37,908 nucleotides of DNA, from positions 1 through 37,908 of the forward strand of contig DF237136.1 in NCBI GenBank assembly GCA_000708835.1. The letters are read 5' to 3'. This stretch comes from Klebsormidium nitens (taxonomy: Eukaryota > Plantae > Klebsormidiophyceae). Below the pieces are notes generated by a model. The model had not been told where the DNA came from and searched no databases. It saw nothing but the letters and a program-made list of their open reading frames with translations. Positions 24,496 to 35,435 of this stretch are shown here, piece after piece. Numbering within the stretch: the first letter of the stretch is position 1; every line of letters starts with the position of its first letter. The position numbers and the translations under genes are program-made.

Positions 24496-25155
24496 CTGCA
24501 CGCACGGGCAGGAGCGGGGCGGGGGTGGGTGGCAGGACAGCAACAGCAAAAGGAGGCAGCCAGCTGCAGGGGATGGGCATAAGAGGCAGCCCAACCATGG
24601 ACAATTGCACGGCGAATTTATGACAGGCCAATGAAGTTGCGCCAGCTCAAATCTTGCAGGTATGCTTGGGGGCACTCCTGCACAGTGCCAACCCGCTCGT
24701 GCTCTTCGATCCTGTTTTTGATGACCCTAAGTGGACTCCCTGTAGGTTCGAAACGTCGATGACATCGCTGTATCAAATTCAGCGATGCAACCAGAGTGAT
24801 CAACACGAGGAGGATGCACAGCGAGCCCAGCCATGCCAACCGACGGAGACGGTCACTATCAACCATGTTTGGCTGCAATTATGCTTACGTCTTTCACAGC
24901 TGGGAGCTCAAACCCCGGAAGTCCCAGCAGGGTCCCAGCCCCCGCCTCTGGAACCTGTCGCCTCAGCGAGGGGGGATCCAAGCAGCGCATGTCCAGCAGC
25001 ATGGTGGCCACCAGATGCCTTGTCCTGCAATAACGACCAGAAGCCCAAGGTCCGGGTGAACGAGCTTTGATACAACTATCCGGAGCAAGAATAGCGTCTT
25101 GGAAGCAATCCTGGCCTGCAATCAGTTGAACACGTACAGCCTCAGCAGGCTCAAG

Positions 25156-25203
25156 AGGCCTTGATTCTGAAAGGCCTTGATTCTGAAAGGCCTTGATTCT
25201 GAA
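25156..25203. repeat. Perfect 16-bp tandem repeat, three copies
   Basis: (aggccttgattctgaa)3, ending one base before the MITE left TIR. Confidence 0.95.
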
Positions 25204-25204
25204 C

Positions 25205-25730
25205 CTGGTACCCCCCCATATTTATTTTGAGGGGGGGGGCACGGGGCCCGATTGGTGACCCAGGGTGAGGGGGAGAGGGCCGGCCGGCATTCTAAAACCT
25301 TCCGGGCCCCCATGGGGGGGTGGCTTGACGCCTTCGCGCGCCGCGAGGGTCTTATGTACCACTTTCACCAACACACACATCCCTGATTTTATGATGAAAT
25401 TTATCCTTCAAATCGAGCATCAAAAGAGTCAAACTGGCGATTGCAAAAATTGAAGAGCTGCCCTGCGGGATATTACCAAAAAGTGTTGTACGTATAAGGA
25501 AGTGAACAAAAAGTGAGGGATATACGAGCATAGGCCAAAATTATGCAGTGAAAAAGGAGTACGTGAAAAACTTGGAAAATCCTATGGCTATTCGATCCAT
25601 GTGCCCGATCTCGAGCCTATATGCAGCAGGGCCAGGGGGAAGGGGGGGGGGGCTTGGGGCCCCGGCGCAGCTGAGGCCCCCTACCTGGGGTCTTGGCAAG
25701 GGACCCCTTTCGAATATGGGGGGATACCAG
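25205..25730. mobile_element. MITE-like element (526 bp) with 18-bp TIRs
   Basis: ctggtacccccccatatt (25205-25222) versus the reverse complement of 25713-25730, ctggtatccccccatatt (17/18). G/C-run-rich subterminal regions and an AT-rich core. No clear TSD. Confidence 0.7.
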
Positions 25731-25947
25731 TTACAAATTGACGGTACCCTCATGGAAGACAGGAGCTCGACCTTTTATATATTGCTAATTATCTTGGAGC
25801 GCGCCAGGTACCACCATGGCAGCACGCCCAGGCATCCGCTGGATGGTGGTGGGGGACAGATGTGCTCTCAATGGCTCCATTCTGCAGTTAATGGATGGAA
25901 AGGCATCCTGATAATTCTGGCACCGGTGTCCAAGAAGCAACAGCAAC

Positions 25948-28900
25948 ATGTTTCCAGTCTTGAAAGCGCAATTTGAAAAGGCGGTGCCGAAGCAGTCGGC
26001 TGAGGTGGATACAGTGCACTATACTGAGCATGTAACGTTCTCATTCAGTGCAAGGTTGCCGCGTGCAAAACTGCACTCAAGAAACAGGTGAGTGAAAAGC
26101 CTCAGGATGGGAACATTCTGTCACTGCTTGGGGTCTGCTACAGCTGATCGGCTACACAATTGAAAGAGTCAATGCAGTGGGAAAATTTCTCTGGCATCCC
26201 CATCGATGGTGAGGGCGTCTCAGAGTCTGCCTCAAATCATACAGTAGGCTTCGAAATCCTCAATCTCGGCCCTTACTATTGACCTTGTGGACAATTTGGC
26301 AAGGGTAGTGGCACAGCATTGCCTTTCTCTCCTCCTGATGGGGTAGCGAGGGTGCATTTGAGGTCTTTGCAGCTCTGACCTGAGTGCGGACGGTACGCGA
26401 GACACTTTCTCTGTCATGTACAGGCGAGCAAGGAGAGTGTTTAAGAACCTGTCAGCATCCAATCCCCAAAGAGAGTGTGAACTGGATGTAAGCCAGCCCT
26501 TTACTTGGTTGCACTGCTGAAACTATCTGGCTTATGACGTGCTGACGGCCTTTTCTTCATTGGAATCACAGACAGTGGTAAAGTGATGTGCAGCATAGTG
26601 CGTCATTTGAGCTTGTGCTGTGTTGTGCGGTCCTTTGCAGAGTCCTGCCTTTGAGTGGGTGGACTACAGCGCTCCTTCAGTGTGCCTCGAGGAAGAGGAG
26701 GATGGGGCCTGCCTCCGGGAAGAGCCCGCCCCCTGTTCTGAGGACCCCAGTGCGCTGGTGTGCTCCATTGACACCCGCCAGCTGCCACAGAAGAGGTGGG
26801 TGCACTCTGGGCTGTGTTGCCTTAGCAGTTAAGGCCTTCAAGCTAAGCCCCTTGAGAAGTAGCTAGCTGAGGAGCTAGCGGGGGATTGGACGTGTCTCGC
26901 TTGTTTCACACGAAGTACCACTCATGACAGTTTGGAGCACAATACACATACAGTTGATCTGTAGACTGGGAGTGGCGGTTTCACTGCAGCCTTGGCCTTG
27001 CAGGAAGCGGCGTCCTTGGGTGTCTCTCGTCATTGACGACATGGGGGTGGATACCTGGGCCTCTGAGAGGGCCGTCCGCCTGCGCCCCGCTGTCACGCTG
27101 TCGTACCTGCCTTATGGGCCCCAAGTACGGCAGCAGGTGGGCAAGCCTGCCGCGGCAGCCATGCAAGACCAACAGATTGCCGCTGATATTGTTGTCAACA
27201 CTTGGCACCTCCTGCGATGCCCTCGTTGAGGAATGCCACATTGAAGACCTGTCCAATCGCTCAACGGCGGAGCTGAGCTGTGGTGTTGCAGGCTCGGGCA
27301 GCGGCGGCAGCGGGGCACGAGTTGATGGTGCACCTGCCGATGGAGCCGTTCAACAAGGCGGCAGACGCGGGGCCCAACGCGCTGCACTCCAGCATGGCGC
27401 CGCACCAGCTCAAGGAGCACCTGCACTGGGCGCTCTCGCAGTTTGACGGTAAGAACTAGCCCGATGCTGAAGGGCAACGTTGTCACAGCAAGCTGCACCG
27501 CACTTGCATTGAGAATTGAAAATGCCCTGCCCAGCTTCGTCTGGCTTTGGAACTTTCTGACGAGTCCGCTTCTAATCCATCATCTGTGATATTGCAGGTT
27601 ATGTTGGGTTGAACAATCACATGGGGAGCCTGTTTACCAGCAGGTCCCCGGGGGGTATGACGGTGGTGCTGGAAGAACTGCAGAAACGAGGTGGGGCCCC
27701 TTACACCACTGTCCATCACAGCATCGCCAGAACTTGTTAGTGCTGTTTTTGGTAATAGAGTCATCGAGTTCACTACTCCTGCCAGGTTCTGTGGACTTGG
27801 GCCACTCACTGTGCCCGTCAGGCGCTGTCATCTCGGGCTTCGCTGACGTCTGTCTTCCTGCGCAGAGCTGTTCTTTCTGGACTCTCTGACCGCCACAGAC
27901 AGTTTGGGCCAGGAGCTGGCAGCCCACCTGGGGACCACATTCGGTGCACGCGATGTGAGGCTGCGCTGGCCGGCCTCCATAAACATGCCTGCTCTTCTGT
28001 TGCCTGATCTCTCCAATGCTTGTCTTTTGCCAACGAACTGCCCTCTCCCCTTCTTGTCAGCTGCACTCTCCTATCCCCAGGGAGCTCGCAGGCCTGGCCC
28101 TGGCTGTCCATGCACTCGTTACCCACGTCCTGTCCTTGACTGGGTTGCGTGCAGGTGTTCCTGGACTCACAGCGCGGGGCAGTCTCTGCGGTGGGGGAGC
28201 GGCTGCAGGAGGTGGAGCAGCTGGCCCACAAGAATGGGCATGCCATTGGTAGGCGCACATGCCTGCAGTCGACCTTTTGACGGGCCTCACTCTGAGGAGG
28301 TTGAGAGCCATCGTGTCGAAAGATTCCTGCAGATGCACAGCAAAACTCTGGTCCTGGCCTGACCGTTGACATGTGCACTTCTGCGTGCAGCCATCGGGCA
28401 CCCATACGATGAAACGCTGGAGGCCCTTGAGAAGTGGCTGCCCCTGCTGCACAGCAAGGGCCTTGTCCTGGTGAGCCACGGCCGTTGCACCTCCGGCACT
28501 GTCACCATTGCAGATGCAACCAGCACGGCCGAGAGAGTTCAGCCGCACCTGAAGTCGCACCTAGTCTCCAGCAGGTGGACGATGCGGCCTTGTCGCATCT
28601 GAGACTTGTCTTGACAGGGGGTGCTCTGGCGTGGGTGCAGATGCCCCTCAAGAAGGCTCTCCTTCGGGAACGCAAGGAGCGGGAACGAGCTGCAGGCGAG
28701 GCGGTGCTGGCCTTCACGCGAGCTAAGCAGGTGCAGAGTGTGGATAACACCTGGTCGTGTCCAACTTTTCCTTTCTACGACGACTCTTCTGCACGAACAG
28801 TGCTTTCCAGAAATTGAGTCTCAGAGTGGCCATAACATGACGACGCCGAGCCCTCCAGCAAGCTGTTTGAAGATGCCCGCTTCCCACTGACGTTGCGTTC

Positions 28901-31541
28901 CTGTTGGCTGACTTCATTGTGTGCTTTGTAGCTGCGGGCCATTCAAGCGCAGCGCGACCGGGCCTGGCAGGAGCGCCAGGCGAAGCTGGTGGCGGCAGAG
29001 CTGGAGCAGGCCTTTGGGGACGGCACGGTGCTGGCGTGGCAGGGCCTGCAGGATGCGGGCGTGGAGAAGGCGCTGCGCGCCGCGCTGGCGAGGCAGCGGC
29101 CGCCATCCGGCAGCCTCAAGGCGAGCCTGCAACGGCTGCTGGCAGCACCGTTCTGGGGAGGCAAAACGGAGGAGCCGCAGGTGGAGAAGGCCGCGGCGCG
29201 GCTGCTGCGCAGGCGGGGACACCCACAGCAGCGGCCGGACCTGTTGGCCACGCGGGCAGGGGGCCTGCACGCCCACGCCTTACTGCACCCGAAGCTGCCC
29301 GACATGGTGCGCCGGGGCCGAGGCAGGGCCAGAGGTGGGAGGGGTCTTGTGGACAACAGTCTGCCGATGCTGGCTGTGAGGGACGACGTGAAGGCCGTTC
29401 AGCAGGAGGGTGCCCGTTGCGAGGAAGCAGGGCCAGGAGGGGATGTAGAAAGGATGGCAGGCAGCAAGGGCCCCCCACGTCTGGTCGGCAAGAGACGCAG
29501 AGGCAGGCAAGACAGGGTTCCTCGGGCGGAGGTGGGCCAGCCATGCCGGCAGCAACGGCAAGCAGGCGACGAGGCGCACCTTGGAGGCGCTTCACAGGAG
29601 GGCAGTGGCGCCACGGCGGAGTGGGCTCCCCTGTCAGGACACCCGCTCAGCTGGACGACGGGGGAGGACAGCAACGAGGCCGCAGCGGACCTGCGACGGG
29701 GCGTGCTGGTGGCAGCGGCGCTGCAGCAAAGCCGGGGACGGCTAAATGCGCCAGGAGGACGGACAGGCCCAGGTGGGAGCGGGTGGCGGGGTGGGGCGAG
29801 AGCTGTGAGAGCTGGAGGGGGCGAGAAGGACCCCGCGGCAGCCCAGCAGCGGGGCGGGGAGGCCAACGAGGGCGCCATGCAGCGCTGGCTGGCGCAGCTG
29901 GGTGGGGGCAAGCTGTCCGCCGGCAGCAGCCCCAGGAGCGTCATCGTCCCTGAGGCACTTGAGGAGCCAGCCGACGCCTCCAGCCCCGAGCACTCGGCCC
30001 CCGGAAGTCGTACGCCGTCTCTCTCGTCCAGTGAAGTGTCCACTTGCGGGACAGGCCCGGCTGTGCTGGAGGGATGGTCGTCCCCGGCGCGCAGCAGCAG
30101 CTCCAGTGACGATGTGCCGAGCAGTCTGTCGGAGGCCAGCTCAGGCGAGGAGGCAGGCCCCGCAGGCGGCGCAGCGTGGAGAGCAGCGCTGCAGTCGGCC
30201 TCCACAGTGGCAGCCGCACTGGCGGTGGCCATGCACCTGGCGGCACACGCCCGCCGGAAGACTGAGGAGGCAGCGCAGGCAAACCCGCCCAGGCTGGCTG
30301 GCCCCTCAGGCTTCACTGCTGCGATCGGAGGACCCGAACAGTCGCTTGGGCCAGAAATGTCGGCGAATGGTGTGTCGCCCAAGAAGGCGACCCGGTGCAG
30401 TTTCAGCAGGCTGGAGATGCGGCCTGCGGCGGAGCTGTCCGTTAAAGCGGCGGCACCCGCCAGCTCTGCAGCCCGCCCAGCTGCGCAGGCAGGAGTCCGG
30501 GCCGCAGCTGGCAAGGAGGAGGTGCTGCCCTCTACGGCTTCTGGTGCGGATGCGGATGGTGCGGCGGGCAGCCTGGCGCGCCCTGCCTGCCACGCCCTGG
30601 CCGCCCTGGAGAAGCCCACACAGGACCGCCCGCCTCTGGCCCTCACCCCAGCTGAGGCGAGCGGTGAGGAACTGCCAACACAACCACAGACGGGCGGGCA
30701 CGAGGCCCGGCCCGCGTGCCAGCCAGCAGCCAGCCCCGAGGGCAACCCAGCAGACGGTATCGGGGCGCCCGCGGTGCTGCAGCAGACGGACCACGCTGGC
30801 CGTGAGCTGCGGCGGGCCGGTCTGGTCGCACCAGGCGTCCCGGGCCAGCGACGAGCACGAGCCGTTACCTCCGAGGAAGGGGGACGCGCCTCCCAGGGGC
30901 CGGCCGTGCTGGTGGCCCTCAGGCAGCAGGGAGAGGCCGAGCAGGGGGCGGCCCAGCCGGTGTGCTCCCTCCCAGGTGCGGTAGATGTGGCAGGGGCGCC
31001 AGGAGCTGCGAGCGGAGCAGCTGGGGCTGAGGAGGCGCAGCTGGAGGAGCCAGGGTCGCCTACGGCCAGCGGCAGCTTGAGTGCGGAGCCGGAGTGGTGT
31101 GACGCCGAGGCGGAGCCCGTGTCGCCCGCGAGCACCCCTTCGTCTTGTGCAGCCAGCGGGGTGCAGGGGTCCGTTGCGTGTCAGCTGGCAGCTGGTGGAC
31201 GCGTGCAATATGAGTACACCTCCACTGGGGACGGGCCAGCGGATGCTGTGCATGCGCCCTTAGGGAGCACGGCAGTGGGTACAATCAGCGAGTTGAGCAA
31301 AGCGATGGGGCGCTGTAGCGGAGAGGGGGCCCGCTCAACGGCTAGCAAAGCAGGCGCAGGCGTGCAGGGAAACATAGAGGCGGAGCAGAGCAAGAAGTTC
31401 GGCTGGTGGCGCTGGACGGTCGGGTGTGTCCTGGGAGGCTTCGAGGACGCAGGGACGAGAGAGAGCGGGGACCGCATGCGGCCAGCAGCTCTACACGGGA
31501 AAAGACGCGTTGTACCCCTCGACGTGGACGATCCGCAGTAA
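25948..31541 (+). CDS. Divergent polysaccharide deacetylase (PF04748/YibQ-like) fused to a long low-complexity C-terminal region, 11 exons, ~1234 aa; the first two exons are tentative
   Basis: Exons 25948-26087, 26424-26487, 26641-26795, 27004-27136, 27292-27448, 27598-27690, 27866-27954, 28155-28248, 28391-28470, 28641-28730, 28932-31541, all GT-AG and in phase. Motifs VSLVIDDMG, TLSYLPY, HELMVHLPMEP, GLNNHMGSLFT, FFLDSLT, RDVFLD and AIAIGHPY occur in the canonical order. Confidence 0.85.
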
Positions 31542-33331
31542 AGAATTACTCACTTCGACTGCTAGCCTAGGCGTGTTGTTTATTTAGTGTTTCGAGTTGC
31601 TCTACTTGTTGCAGGCTCGTCTCCTAGCCTCCTCACACAAAGTTAAGAGACGTGCAATCCTTGATACAACTGCAGATCAGGGAACTCAGCGGAGTAGGTA
31701 GTCACCCGCCTGTTTGCATCAGTGGCGCATGGGTGACTGTAAAGTTAGAGGGTTGCCGCTTTGACAGACGGTAGCTTCAAACCGGTTCCGCAACGCAGCA
31801 ACAGTTCAGGCCCAGTCAAGCGTTGGCACATTGCTAAGCTGTTCTTACAGAACTAGAATGTCTGAGGGGCTCAATATGAATTGAAGACGGGACTGTTGTT
31901 ACCTAAGCACACCTGCATTTGGTTCTCAGCCTTAATCTTGAAAATGGTGCATGTACATGTAAATGGTACATTACATCAGCAGTCGTAGTAGTCGATCCGG
32001 AAGCAATGATCCTTGCACGGCGGCTGCAAGCCCTTATTCTGATCAAACGTACCTTATGTCAATATCCAGGCATGTGCAACGTAACTGCTTGCCCAACAGT
32101 CTCACCTGTATGTGAGCACTCGATTGCCAGCGCTGACCGTGTATACTCCGTATACTATGATATCTCTAAAATTAAGTCGGACATGGTTTTAAGAAATCGC
32201 AAGCCCATGAGCCATTGACTCGAGTTTTCACAGGTATACGTGGCCGGCTATATACAACGCAATGATCACGGTCACTCGCGATATATTTTATCCTCCAGTA
32301 TGATTCCATACAAGGCGGCATGCACATAAAACCCTGCAGCCTCTTAGAGATCGATCGCAGCACTGTGATGCCATCAGCTAGATTTCTGACTTCACTGCTT
32401 CATTAGGTTATAGATCGACGCAGAACTCGATTGTGTCGGGTCACCTGCCGCGCTGAGGTGGAGCTTCAAAACGTGGACGGTACCATGGCCCTACGTACAA
32501 AACATGGTTGAAACAAATTGCACACTTGTCTAATACAGACTTACGGACTTCTCGAGACTCAAATTATACTCGGCCGCGTTGATTACAAAAGCTTCCTGCC
32601 TCTTGCAATTCGATCATTGCGCAGCCGCACCTCAGGCTCGCAGGCTGTGCACGGCCAGAGTCACCCCTGGTTGACACATCTGGGAGCTTACGTTCTCGTG
32701 CACCAATGACTGTTTGCAATTACAATCACTGCTGCGATCGCAACCGCGATGGGTCAATCAAACCGCAGAACCAGCTTATAGTCACCTTCATATGCTCTCA
32801 GATTGCGGAGTCCTAGAAGTTGTGCGGTATCTTTTGGTGAAATATCTTCTCACAATCAGGATACGTGCATCAGCTTTCCAGCCATGCATGGAGGAAGGAA
32901 GGGAGGACCTCCTCAGGTGCGAATAGTCGTGTCAATAGTGGAAAGACTGTCGAAGTGGAGAGTTCTCGAGCAGCCGGTGCGTAATACGGTCTTCAAGAGA
33001 TCCTCTCAAAAGCGTACGCGACTGACTCGCTCAAGAGGAGAGTCCGCTGGGACTAAACCTCTTTTTATGTTACGGTTTGGTTTTGTGTTCAGTTGAGACC
33101 TTTGTTGTGCTGGAAAGGGTTCCTTTTGGGCTTGCTTAACCTAGTCTCAGTCCTCTTTCCAGAAAGCAAGTTTGTCATGTGTTCTCAGCCTCCTAGCTCT
33201 GCACCGGCGCCTGCGCCTCCATCAGGCTTCAACGGTACAGAAATTCCTCTCACGTGCTTGACGTCGTCCCGAATCGGCGACCCTTTCCGTGTAGCCGTCG
33301 GCATATGGGATGTGTGGAGCTCGGCGGTCGC

Positions 33332-35435
33332 TTACGTGAGAGCCGCAAGCTGTCGGCGGATTGGCGAGATCTCTGCAGCGGCCACGACACCTGAAAGCTG
33401 ATCAGGACGTTTCGGCAAAGCCTGCCGCCGGCCAGCACCACGGCTTGAGAACTAGTTGCACGCTGGAAGCAATCTCTGCGAGCCGCACCAAATTTTCACA
33501 CGGCACTCGTCTGTGGGCAAGATATAATGTGAGTTTCCGTGCGTGGGAGCACGCAGCAGGGGTGCGGCGCCTCACGGAGGTGCGTGTCCAGGTCGGGCCG
33601 CGCGTCGCCGCTCGCGTCCTCGTCGGTGAGCAGCGGCATGGGCTGCACCAGCAGCTGCAGCGAAGGGACGGCCCCGGCCGCCTGCTGCACATCACGGGGC
33701 AGCAGGGGAGCGGCGTCAGGGGGCCACTGCAGTGGTGGAACGCGGGGAGGACGATCAGGGGCGCGCTACTCGCAGCCAGCACAGGATCAACCAACTACAT
33801 GAATCTAACTAGTGGAGGATCTGCAGATGACGATGGGCGGTCTTGGCGACGTCACCTCAAGAACGAGCTTGCGAGTGATGCCAGCAACGGGCGGAGTGGC
33901 GGCGCGGGGGCGCTTGCCTGCTTGTAGCTGAGCATGAGGTCCTTGAAGGCCTGGAAGTCGCACAGCGTCATCAGGAAGTCGAAGACGTCGCCCTCCGCCT
34001 CCCCGTGCTCGCTGCACACACACGCCGGCCGCTCAACGTCGTCCGAGCTGCTGCTCATGCATCTAGGTCCAAAATCACATGAGTGGTGGTGGATCAGAAC
34101 GCGCAGCCCGTCTTCTTCAAAGTTGCAGGGGTTGACCCTTGTTTGAGTAACATAGAGCGTCCGGATTTTTAATCAGGCCACGCCCGCTCTCAGAAAGCTC
34201 AAAGGGGCCTGGCAGCTGGAACGGGTCACGTCCTTTGGCTTTGTGCGACGCTGCCCTGTTGAGGCGCCTCACCTGAGCTGGTGCAGGAAGTCGTGGAGGG
34301 GCAGATCCGGGAGCGCCTCCGCCAGGCGCGCCGCAATCACACCGTCCAGCACGTCCACCTGCACCACACACGCGCTCAGCACTGCACTCAGCAATGCAGG
34401 GAATAAGGGAGGGGCCGCTGATGCACCTGCCGCTCTCATTTTTACGGAGGTAGCCAGGGCAGCACGGGGCAGCAGGGCAGCGGCTGGAGAGCTGGAGACT
34501 GGGAAACACTGGGGACTGCACGGTGGGCTCACGTATTGTTGGAAGAGCTCCATGTACTCCAGCTTGTTCTCATCACTGTCCTCAAACACCGCACAGTGCG
34601 CGGCGCAGAAGGACGTCTGGGCCTCCTCAAAATCCGCATCTGCATAGCGGCCCACACTGCTGGTAAGTGGTCACATCTGCGATGGCCACCGGCATACTGG
34701 GAGCCAGAAACAGTGTGCCCAAGAGAGATGCTTTGCATGCTGCAGAGACAAAGCAACCAGAAGTTGACCTGGTGACCATATGTAGCACACGTCGTCGCTG
34801 GCCAGGGTGGCGGCCCCCTCTGCTGGCCTGCTGCCGCCAGCTGCAGTGGCTCACCTGTGATGATGTCCTCCAGCGCCCCCACCATGCGGTCAAAGTCGGC
34901 CTCAGCCCCGCTGCTGCTCCTGCATGGCCAGGCCGCCCAGGGATGAGCAGCAGGGAAGGCCGCCCGCCAAGGACAAGGGGGCCAATCCAGACTGCCGTGC
35001 TCCTTTGAGGAGGCTGGTCATACCTGCTGTCTGCAGCTTTTCTATGACAGCAGATCAATGCACGAAAACCAATCTAGTAAACAGAACATGCGGTTGATAA
35101 CTGATCTGCAGGTGGTGCACCCTGCAAGCTACAAGAGCCAGATTTCTAGAGCTGACAAATCGAATTTTCAACTGTTTCTAGCCCTTACATACAGCAGTCG
35201 ACGACCTCCTCCATCCCATCAGGTATGCACTGCGAGTCCTGGCACTCATCAGCTGCAAGAAGACAAGACAAGCTCGTCAAAGTGGCTCTGCTCCGGAAAG
35301 AAGATCTAACCCTGCTCTTCACTAGATCAAAGATTCAACCTGCTGCAACACAGACAAGAGCAAGGGCAGGCCACTCATGGGCTCACCAATAATGTCCACG
35401 TCAAGATCCTCAAGCAGAGGGCTAGGACCGGCCAT
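33332..35435 (-). CDS. ARL2BP: ARL2-binding BART-domain protein (ARL2BP-like); the last two exons are tentative
   Basis: Exons 35435-35387, 35252-35189, 34919-34855, 34639-34533, 34358-34273, 34011-33918, 33684-33576, 33390-33332, all in phase. Peptides ADFDRMVGALEDII, FCAAHCAVFEDSDENKLEYMELFQQY and GDVFDFLMTLCDFQAFKDLMLSYK match the ARL2BP pattern. Confidence 0.85.

Noticed and set aside
25816-25911. 31-codon ORF with an ACCACCATGG context upstream of the deacetylase
   Set aside because: It could be a uORF or an alternative first exon, but no in-phase donor was found and there is no TSS information.
29399-31135. 578-aa minus-strand ORF, plus overlapping 349- and 360-aa plus-strand ORFs
   Set aside because: These are shadow ORFs of a very GC-rich exon. 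Only the 28932-31541 frame links to a splice acceptor in phase with the upstream exons.
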